Source: Candidatus Thalassarchaeaceae archaeon (GTDB taxonomy: Archaea > Thermoplasmatota > Poseidoniia > Poseidoniales > Thalassarchaeaceae). From it: 32,000 bases of DNA. The stretch is from contig JBJLBP010000001.1 of the NCBI GenBank assembly GCA_045568075.1, forward strand, positions 810,001 through 842,000. The letters are read 5' to 3'. Positions 23,901 through 30,054 of this stretch are shown piece after piece; position 1 is the stretch's first letter; each line of letters opens with the position of its first letter. The notes under the pieces are model-generated. The model was not told the origin of the DNA, made no database searches, and saw only the letters and a list, made by a program, of their open reading frames with translations. Position numbers and translations under genes: made by a program.

Positions 23901-26650
23901 ACCGCGGAATCAATCCCCTGAATGGCTCAGATGCCCTCAACAACCCAGATGGAGATGGATTCGACGTCAATCATGACGGTGTCCTCGACTTGAATGAGAG
24001 TTTGGTCAATTGGCTGGAATACCATCTCAAGGATCAGATTATCCAAACTGATACGACCGACACCGGCCTCGCATTCCCTGATAATTTCACCACACTGCTC
24101 GCCCACGAGTCATGGATAGGCTTCGCAGGAGCCTCCTTCGGCCTCGAAACCAGCAATTCATATCGCAGTCTGATTAATGGCACCACTAGCGACGACGTCG
24201 GTGCCTCCAACCCTCTAGATTCCGACTCTGACCGCGATGGCATCCCAGATGGATGGGAATTCTATCATGCGCGGTGGAGTCTGTATGATGAAGGTTGGAC
24301 TCTCAACCCCGTTGATGAAGGTGATCAGGTCGGTGATCCCGACGGTGATGGAATGAACAATTGGGAGGAGTACAATGTCATCGATGGCAATATGAGTGAA
24401 ATCGATGATATGACGACTGTTCCACAATTCTATCTCTTACAGGTAGGTGGTGAATTACTCGCTACACCCTGGCTCTCTGCTGAATCAACACTCTCGTTCG
24501 GAACATTCCTGAGCGCGGAGCAAATTTCTCTCACCGGCTATACCGCCGACCCTAACAATCCGGATACCGATGGTGATGGTCTTCTCGATGGAATCGAATT
24601 GATGTTCACTCGCTGGAATGCTAGCGATGAGGTCTGGACTCTCAATCCGTTGGTAGCCGGCGATGGAAATTACGACTCTGATCGAGACGGCATCACAGAC
24701 CTCGTTGAACTCAATCTCACAAACAAGAATCCTCAGAACGGTGGTCTATCGCCACCCGACGCTCCCCGACTCTGGGAAGAAGCCGAATCACTCGACCCAG
24801 ACGAAGCAGTCAACAGAGTCTATCGTATTCTCTTCAACAAGGAGGGTAGGGCCGAAATCGCCCTTGAGCAATTCGATGCGTGGCAGCTTGGTGAGCCCGC
24901 AAAGCCGCTACTCCAAGCCTTGTTGGGAATCACCGATCCGAATGCCGAGGACACTGACCGAGACGGCATGAGTGATGGATACGAGTATTGGTTCACTGAA
25001 TGGGATCTTGAAGCCAATATCTGGACGATGAACGCACTTACAGATATCGATATCCACGCAGATAGTGATGAGGATTCATTCGACTGCAATGGAGACGGAT
25101 ACATATCGGACTCGGAATCATACGATAACCTCGCCGAATACGATGCTCGCGTCTATGGGAAGCGTTCGGCCATCGACACCATCCCTAACGGAACCGGACT
25201 AGTGTCCTACGGTCTCGACACGATTACCGCTTACATGCAGGAGCAAAGCATGTCGGAGCAAGCTGCTGCTGACCAACTTTGGGTGATGTTCTCTACCAAG
25301 GACATAGTCTCGAGTGACCGTGCAGGTCTGATCAATTCCATCGACCCCGACAATTTCAATTTCAGTCTTGCAGGTGTCTCCGATCCAACACACGCAGATT
25401 CCGACAGCGATGGCATACCCGACGGTTGGGAATTCTGTTACTCGATTTACGGCCAATGGCTACCAGTCAACGAATACCGCTGGTCACTTAACCCGCTGAA
25501 CCCGCTCGACATCGAGTATGATCCTGATGCTGATGGCTGGTATGATCGAACAATCTTCGACAATCCTGCTACGCAAGGAGTTTGGGAGAACCGCGAATTC
25601 ACATCAGGACCAGCCAGTGATCAAATCATCCCATCTTACGCTGAACTCTACTTCACTAATTTGATGGAATACAATAACGGAACTCATCCTCTCGACATCG
25701 ATAGCGACGATGACTCTCAGATCATGGAGGTCACTCGAAGCGGCGGAAACGTCGTCGGATACGAGCAGAACATGAATCTCTCAGACGGCCGTGAGGTGTT
25801 CAAGTATGGAACAAATGCGCTTGACAACGACACAGACGGCGACATGATGCCTGACTTCTACGAGTATTACAGAGGTTGGAACGAGACCAATGACAATTGG
25901 TCTTCTTACTTACAGATCTCAGTCGTCTGGTATCAGGTGACGCCGAACGTCCTCAAGCCAGTGACCGTCAATGGTGGCACAATCGGACGCCCATTACTCG
26001 ATTGGACATGGTTCACACACGACGCGACCGACGCCAGCGATGCGGGACAGGATGCGGACAATGATGGAGGGTGGGATTGTAATGGAGGCAATTGTGTTTA
26101 CATTCCATACAACAATTTCCAAGAATACTACGGTGTCGTCAATGCGACTCTCTCCTCACCAACACTTGTTCGCCAAGCTAACCTCTTCGATTGTTCAGGA
26201 GGCACTGTTGAGGAATGGTGGCAACTGCGTGAGGCGCTGCTAGGGACATGTGGTGGAGCCGCAGCGCTTGAGACCAATTACTTCCGAATGTACAAAATAA
26301 ACAACGATGACACGCTCTACGCTTACATCGTCGACGACAACGATATCGATTACCAATTACTCGATGAATCCGATGATGAAATCCTCGTCAACGGAGCTTG
26401 GGCAGACATCTACGAACGCTTTGCTGGTGACCGATATCACTACCCTAACACCGGTTTGGGAGAATATGTCTGGGGCTGGTGGATGATTGATATCGATGGC
26501 GATCAAATTGCTGATGGTACAAATCCAGCGAACTGGGATAGCGATGGCGATTGGCTAAACGATTACTTCGAGATCGAGGACGATATGTTGGACGGTGTGC
26601 GGGGCAACTCCGGTTCACCGATTCGCTACGATGACCGGACTACAGAGTGA
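20918..26650 (+). CDS. Giant secreted protein (~1,910 aa) with thrombospondin type-3-like Ca-binding repeats and a central beta-propeller-like region
   Basis: N-terminal 'MRRKQTAFFVTLLILSSLVFVSQTRPQAP' is a signal peptide or signal anchor. There are many 'DSDGDG(L/M/I)PDGWE' repeats and paired Cys in the first ~260 aa. There is no C-terminal TM segment. Confidence 0.88.
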   Translation: MRRKQTAFFVTLLILSSLVFVSQTRPQAPVSSVDPPDQPGSGPMAVDQDEDLIPDIHEVIFGEARHIDTPFGIIVIDGLDPMNGSDNITDFDRDGASALMEYCWPWTLDTCFTERLSLTGKSPDETESGFREYLDPRESDSDGDGLPDGFEIYMCTEGGTGYQNQATSEWVCLYFDPLDSSDLVEDADLCVDQASQWGCGDGFDVNRDGEIDIGERYTNTEEYWFGAPDGWLTERDGLWCAGKMPNLHADACQTDVERPTGDDGWLGTDPRRIDSDHYTWSELIPTSLAVPGDGIPDGWEAYHGLDPRNASDAVIDSDSDGWDIDRDGFIIPDSSIATARWGEAFSNFEEYMLHLDSGNWVRPGLRASMLTDEPVETMFFDQGTDPMLVDGRVHTVIPDQGRDRLIIGSAYGITTIDPFEGTSSTTELPEGMEMFTMMRWSPASEDYLIIGTNHGLHALILENGLPQIDTMTESDLGTVRVIERLQTGSGDLDLFILGQGTNVWTMTLSEPASGRGTPDFTTPVFIQPLSDLVADAGASLTEVIHVPMSGRGPMLIVGTDSGMIRWDTTDGTPSIGSPFWIYDTDSAEDYVQFADLLNSSKSAVVNVMELAGPVAADGSLEEVTGVWLGTPGGLHLIDLDLFVGLPEQAFNTDRMFNIERWEEGANDIHSIIALQKCVILGSRDGTWALEGGSHGILGYFDNQTRMPGLVTSLTTFINDGNEYLFAGVSPGQYMNIMPIDPQSSDSDLDGMPDGWEFVYGLDPTDPYDRERDADADGVHFDVAGVEFSRDWSNLDEYRFVNTSEGGFNGTDPRNIDTDGDGLTDGQEYWGWFAESTEFSCHYLNDEYICDDDDGEEALDVHLSGWLNSGAGGGTDGPTDPTTADSDGDGMPDGWEIEHRRWIGDVYTGGNLWTLDPRDPSDATMDADGDGLDNLCEYMWGNLLETVLIEGLPTHRENASAALNWTKTDPNNPDSDGDSLPDGWEARYQCTWGRNNRGINPLNGSDALNNPDGDGFDVNHDGVLDLNESLVNWLEYHLKDQIIQTDTTDTGLAFPDNFTTLLAHESWIGFAGASFGLETSNSYRSLINGTTSDDVGASNPLDSDSDRDGIPDGWEFYHARWSLYDEGWTLNPVDEGDQVGDPDGDGMNNWEEYNVIDGNMSEIDDMTTVPQFYLLQVGGELLATPWLSAESTLSFGTFLSAEQISLTGYTADPNNPDTDGDGLLDGIELMFTRWNASDEVWTLNPLVAGDGNYDSDRDGITDLVELNLTNKNPQNGGLSPPDAPRLWEEAESLDPDEAVNRVYRILFNKEGRAEIALEQFDAWQLGEPAKPLLQALLGITDPNAEDTDRDGMSDGYEYWFTEWDLEANIWTMNALTDIDIHADSDEDSFDCNGDGYISDSESYDNLAEYDARVYGKRSAIDTIPNGTGLVSYGLDTITAYMQEQSMSEQAAADQLWVMFSTKDIVSSDRAGLINSIDPDNFNFSLAGVSDPTHADSDSDGIPDGWEFCYSIYGQWLPVNEYRWSLNPLNPLDIEYDPDADGWYDRTIFDNPATQGVWENREFTSGPASDQIIPSYAELYFTNLMEYNNGTHPLDIDSDDDSQIMEVTRSGGNVVGYEQNMNLSDGREVFKYGTNALDNDTDGDMMPDFYEYYRGWNETNDNWSSYLQISVVWYQVTPNVLKPVTVNGGTIGRPLLDWTWFTHDATDASDAGQDADNDGGWDCNGGNCVYIPYNNFQEYYGVVNATLSSPTLVRQANLFDCSGGTVEEWWQLREALLGTCGGAAALETNYFRMYKINNDDTLYAYIVDDNDIDYQLLDESDDEILVNGAWADIYERFAGDRYHYPNTGLGEYVWGWWMIDIDGDQIADGTNPANWDSDGDWLNDYFEIEDDMLDGVRGNSGSPIRYDDRTTE
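21332..26572 (+). repeat. Dispersed protein-level repeats D-x-D-x-D-G-x-x-D-x-x-E (TSP3-like), about 15 copies
   Basis: SDSDGDGLPDGFE (aa 146), VPGDGIPDGWE (297), SDSDLDGMPDGWE (751), IDTDGDGLTDGQE (822), ADSDGDGMPDGWE (890), DADGDGLDNLCE (932), PDSDGDSLPDGWE (979), DSDSDRDGIPDGWE (1108), DPDGDGMNNWEE (1147), PDTDGDGLLDGIE (1222), YDSDRDGITDLVE (1259), EDTDRDGMSDGYE (1351), ADSDSDGIPDGWE (1500), DNDTDGDMMPDFYE (1643), WDSDGDWLNDYFE (1880). The DNA copies differ at synonymous sites, so the repeats are old and not recent duplications. Confidence 0.8.
22079..23132 (+). other. Beta-propeller-like region (Reg_prop-like blades)
   Basis: A periodic motif recurs every ~45-60 aa: 'LIIGSAYGITTID', 'LIIGTNHGLHALI', 'LFILGQGTNVWTM', 'LIVGTDSGMIRWD', 'VWLGTPGGLHLID', 'VILGSRDGTWALE', 'LFAGVSPGQYMNI'. 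Fold is inferred from motif periodicity only. Confidence 0.5.
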
Positions 26651-26664
26651 TTCAGATAGCGAAT

Positions 26665-26684
26665 CGATAGGCGCGTTTCTATCG
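26665..26684. terminator. Hairpin CGATAG-(8 nt)-CTATCG just after the giant gene's stop
   Basis: A 6-bp stem with loop 'gcgcgttt', starting 15 nt after the TGA at 26648-26650. A weak candidate, since archaeal terminators are usually oligo-T tracts. Confidence 0.2.
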
Positions 26685-26722
26685 GACGGCTTCGGTTGAT
26701 TCTTGAGTAAGACACGCGAGGG

Positions 26723-27199
26723 TTGCCCGTGGACGAGGATGCGAAAATTCCCGGGCCGGATCAACCGGTAGAGGAGCGCCTGCTGTTTCTGCAGGAGAAT
26801 CTCGTCAACTTCGTCAAGCAGTATAGCCTTCCTGTAATCGAGGTAGCACTTGTCGTATCGAAGTACATCCGCATGCTTCTGACTTCATTGGAACAAGCCG
26901 CGGCAGAAAGCGGCGAAAAAATCCCTGCGAATATCGCCGAGCCTTGGCCAGTCGAGTTCGATGGGGTTGTACCAAGCATCGAATCATTCCCGCTGGACAA
27001 GTTACTCGGTACTCTAGATGAAGATCGAATGGACATTCTAGACACTATGATGCGGGTGATAATCAACGGGTCAGAGATTCCTTTCTCTTCCGCTCTCACC
27101 TTACTGCGTGACTGGGAGATGCGTCTGCGAGGACAGATGGCCGAGGCGACCAGTCCCGGTCACTTGTTCAGTCCTATGGATCTTCCAGATGGATTCTGA
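26723..27199 (+). CDS. Hypothetical acidic cytoplasmic protein (158 aa)
   Basis: ORF with no TM segment or signal peptide and no motif I recognise. 'GAGG' at 26717-26720 is better spaced for GTG 26729 than for TTG 26723. Same strand as the TSP3 giant and 72 bp downstream of it. Confidence 0.5.
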   Translation: MPVDEDAKIPGPDQPVEERLLFLQENLVNFVKQYSLPVIEVALVVSKYIRMLLTSLEQAAAESGEKIPANIAEPWPVEFDGVVPSIESFPLDKLLGTLDEDRMDILDTMMRVIINGSEIPFSSALTLLRDWEMRLRGQMAEATSPGHLFSPMDLPDGF

Positions 27200-27226
27200 T
27201 TTCCATTACAGAATCTTTGCGCAGAT

Positions 27227-27241
27227 AGGCCAAACTGGCCT
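27227..27241. terminator. Mini-hairpin AGGCCA-AAC-TGGCCT in a convergent spacer
   Basis: Perfect 6-bp stem and 3-nt loop between the stop of the 26723 ORF (27199) and the trhO stop (27241-27243). Confidence 0.25.
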
Positions 27242-28059
27242 CATGATTCAATGCAGTATGGACAAGATTTGGCAATCACGTACTGTTCGCTCTCCATTTC
27301 TTCCTCAGTCAATGGCTCACGGCAAGCCCAGCATACCTGCGTAGTCGTTTCCTCAAGCGCGGGGTCAAGAGCGACTCGGCGGTCGAAAACAAAGCAATCT
27401 CCATTCCAGTATTCTCCACCGACCTCCTCGAAGTATCCTAGAATCCCACCCTTGAGTTGACGAACGTCGGAATAGCCTTGATTCATCATCACCGCGCTAG
27501 CCTTCTCGCATCGTATGCCGCCGGTACAGAACATCACAATTGTCTGCTCCTTATCGATTCCAGATGTGCTTACAGCTTCTGGGAAGCTGCGGAACGAGGA
27601 TAAATTGAGGTCGATTGCTCCCTCAAAAGTTCCTAATTTGACTTCGTAATCATTACGTGTATCGAGGACGGTTATTTCACGCCCCTCGTCCATCCACTGC
27701 TTGAATTCAGCCGGCGAGACATTCTCGCCGGTGTGCTTAGATGGGCGAATTTCTTCAAGGCCGAGCGAAATTATTTCTTTCTTTAATCGGACATTCATTC
27801 TCCTGAACGACATCCTTTCGCTGTAAGACAACTTCACTGGGATGTCGACAAATCTCTCATCATTCTCAAGATATTCAACAAACTGATCGATGCCGGCCTG
27901 GCTGCCAGAGAGAAAGAAATTGATTCCTTCGTGACTCAGTAAAATTGTCCCAAGAAGTCCGGCTTCGTCGCACGCAGACTTGAACGGAGCGCGCAAGGCG
28001 TCGCGATCGGGTAGATCGACGAAGCGATATCCTGCGATATTGACGATCTGACCTTCCAC
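27241..28059 (-). CDS. trhO: Rhodanese-domain tRNA uridine(34) hydroxylase (TrhO/YceA, UPF0176)
   Basis: 'IVNIAGYRF', 'LLSHEGINFFLSG', exact rhodanese loop 'FCTGGIRCEKAS' as in E. coli YceA, 'NFVFD'-like 'CFVFDRRVA', and C-terminal Cys cluster 'CWACREP...CPYC'. The start is GTG. Confidence 0.88.
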   Translation of the reverse strand: MEGQIVNIAGYRFVDLPDRDALRAPFKSACDEAGLLGTILLSHEGINFFLSGSQAGIDQFVEYLENDERFVDIPVKLSYSERMSFRRMNVRLKKEIISLGLEEIRPSKHTGENVSPAEFKQWMDEGREITVLDTRNDYEVKLGTFEGAIDLNLSSFRSFPEAVSTSGIDKEQTIVMFCTGGIRCEKASAVMMNQGYSDVRQLKGGILGYFEEVGGEYWNGDCFVFDRRVALDPALEETTTQVCWACREPLTEEEMESEQYVIAKSCPYCIES

Positions 28060-28063
28060 TCAG

Positions 28064-28069
28064 CCCACC
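28064..28069 (-). promoter_or_regulatory. SD-like GGTGGG between the upstream ORF stop and the trhO GTG start
   Basis: The minus strand reads 'TAG GGTGGG ctga GTG'. The 10-bp gap implies co-transcription and coupled translation of the two genes. Confidence 0.4.
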
Positions 28070-28399
28070 CTATCCGGATTGAGCGCGCGCGACTATTCCG
28101 CTTGAAACCCACCATGCATCGCCGATAGACCAGATATAGAGTATAGGCCAAAGAACGATGGTCAGAATCAGTGGGAATTGTACGGCAAACCAGCCCGCAG
28201 CCTTGCGATGTTGCCGGTTGAAGTGCTGACCGATATAGAGGAATGGAACTAGGGCTAAAGCAATGGCAATCAGAGGTCTAAGAGCTCCCCATGGACCTAT
28301 TCCTCCACTGACCTCGTACCAGATGACTCGGACGACACCCAAGGGGCCTGGCCCCCCCTCGTCCTCTTCGACCACCTGTACGACATAATCGTCGCTCAT
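28070..28399 (-). CDS. Small hypothetical membrane protein (109 aa)
   Basis: Acidic N-terminus 'MSDDYVVQVVEEDEGGPGP', then two or three hydrophobic helices ('LRPLIAIALALVPFLYI', 'WFAVQFPLILTIVLWPILYIW'). It lies tightly upstream of trhO. Confidence 0.55.
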   Translation of the reverse strand: MSDDYVVQVVEEDEGGPGPLGVVRVIWYEVSGGIGPWGALRPLIAIALALVPFLYIGQHFNRQHRKAAGWFAVQFPLILTIVLWPILYIWSIGDAWWVSSGIVARAQSG

Positions 28400-28467
28400 C
28401 GATACCCCCTCGGGTCACTGGTGAATGAATCTGACGACGTGGCGGGCCGCGTAAAGCACAACTATCG

Positions 28468-29484
28468 ATGGCCTATGAGCGGGCCGTGACTCTCCGAGTC
28501 TTGCTCACGGGATTCCCTCCTTTTGGCGGCCATAGTGAGAATGTTTCAGACAAGATTCGGTGTAGGCTTGAGTCACTTGGAATTGCTGGGATTGAATTGC
28601 AGACATTACTGTTGACTTGTGACGAAGCGGGCTCGGGGCGTGTTGCTGCGCTGATTCGCGATGGAGATCGCTTCGATGCAATTGTTCATCTCGGATTAGC
28701 AGAATCTCGCACAACAATTTCTCTTGAGCGCTGTGGGCAGAATGAGTCAAAATTTCGCATGGCTGACAATTCTGGGCGAGTGGTGGAAGGGGAAGTCATC
28801 GAGGGTGGCCTTGCAAGGCTGGCGACGACCGCTTCGGTACATGTGTTGGATGAGGAATTCGAGCATGAGACAGATATTGCTTGGAGCGATTCCGCCGGAG
28901 CGTTTGTCTGTAATGAGACAATTTATCGTACTCTAGAAGCGATTGACTCTGTTGCTGCGAAGGCTTCAGATGGTCGGGTGCTTCCTGCGATTTTCATACA
29001 TCTTCCCCCTGAATCTGAGGTTTCTTTGGAAAGACAGGTAGAGGTTGTACGACGAGTCGTGTTGGCAGTGTCGAGTAAGCCACGACTCGAAGTCGTCGGC
29101 GCGCTAATCTTCGATGCTGAAGGTCGCATTCTCGCCTGCCGACGACCTCCTGAGGATGTCTGGGGTGGATGGTGGGAATTCCCTGGTGGCAAAGTCGATG
29201 CCGGCGAGGGGCAACGAGAAGCCTTAGTCCGTGAAATTGCCGAGGAATTGCAACTCGAAGTGGTGCCCGACCGCATCGTCGCATCGCTAAGTCATGAGTA
29301 TGATGATCGCCATGTATCTCTCGATATCTGGAATTGTGGCGTTATCGACCCGAAGTTGGTGAATCCTATCGAACATGATGAGGTGCGCTGGCTCGATAGA
29401 AGGTCTCTTGATTCAGTGAAATGGCTTCCAGCCGATGAACCCCTTATCCAAGAATGGATTGAATCCGGACTGCCTCAGTCCTGA
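28468..29484 (+). CDS. Fusion protein: pyroglutamyl-peptidase I (C15, Pcp) + MutT-like Nudix hydrolase
   Basis: Pcp half (aa 1-~205): 'VLLTGFPPFGGHSENVS', 'HLGLAESRTTISLERCGQNE' (Glu), 'SAGAFVCNETIYRTL' (Cys), 'AIFIHLPPE' (His). Nudix half (aa ~205-338): 'VVGALIFDAEGRILACRR', Nudix box 'GGWWEFPGGKVDAGEGQREALVREIAEELQLEV', 'YDDRHVSLDIW', 'LPADEPLIQEW' (compare E. coli MutT 'PPANEPVIAKL'). Confidence 0.85.
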   Translation: MAYERAVTLRVLLTGFPPFGGHSENVSDKIRCRLESLGIAGIELQTLLLTCDEAGSGRVAALIRDGDRFDAIVHLGLAESRTTISLERCGQNESKFRMADNSGRVVEGEVIEGGLARLATTASVHVLDEEFEHETDIAWSDSAGAFVCNETIYRTLEAIDSVAAKASDGRVLPAIFIHLPPESEVSLERQVEVVRRVVLAVSSKPRLEVVGALIFDAEGRILACRRPPEDVWGGWWEFPGGKVDAGEGQREALVREIAEELQLEVVPDRIVASLSHEYDDRHVSLDIWNCGVIDPKLVNPIEHDEVRWLDRRSLDSVKWLPADEPLIQEWIESGLPQS

Positions 29485-29993
29485 TCTTCGTTCATCGTTC
29501 GCCTGCCTCGATTATCGAACCACTCTGTTGGCATTCCATCGTCATGCATCTTGAGGTCATCACCCGCACTTCTTGGAATTGAATGACGCCCCTCGTGCCA
29601 AGTCTGCTGTTCCAACCAAAGGCCCAACTCCTCACCTGATAGATTAACATCCATGATGCCTCCAAATGGCCTCTCATCAACGACGAAGGCTACCTTGCCT
29701 ACGAAAGCGGCCTGCCTTGACAAAGAGAAAGTGGTGGTGTCACCTTCGAGGTCCTGAGTCATGGCATCGAAGGCGGTGTCGAGGATTCGATTCTTCTCCG
29801 CTTGATCCAAAACGTGGTCAAGTGAGGCTGCTCGTCCAGTTAATCTGTAAGACGAATCCTCGATTGGAAACTCTCTTTCTTGCGTCTCAAAATCACATTC
29901 CCATTGAGGGAAGACTCCGCGTACAGCTTCTATCACCCGTGCGGCGTCTTCGTGTGGCAGCACGGTGGTTGAGACGGTGATATCCGGCTCCAT
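29475..29993 (-). CDS. UPF0201/COG1931-like putative RNA-binding protein with a C-terminal extension
   Basis: 'ITVSTTVLPHEDAARVIEAVRGVFPQ', 'RILDTAFDAM', 'FSLSRQAAFVGKVAFV' and 'PFGGIMDVNL' match my recollection of the archaeal UPF0201 consensus (PTED..KV..A..N.FP / RILDTAR / LNKQAAFVG.VNF / PLG.I.V). The ORF opens at 30038, but ATG 29993 starts right at the conserved core. Its 3' end overlaps the pcp-mutT stop by 10 bp. Confidence 0.6.
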   Translation of the reverse strand: MEPDITVSTTVLPHEDAARVIEAVRGVFPQWECDFETQEREFPIEDSSYRLTGRAASLDHVLDQAEKNRILDTAFDAMTQDLEGDTTTFSLSRQAAFVGKVAFVVDERPFGGIMDVNLSGEELGLWLEQQTWHEGRHSIPRSAGDDLKMHDDGMPTEWFDNRGRRTMNEDQD

Positions 29994-30054
29994 GGCATCT
30001 CCACCCGGCGAAGGGTCATGATTCCTGTGGGTAACCACGCTCCCAGCACCACGA

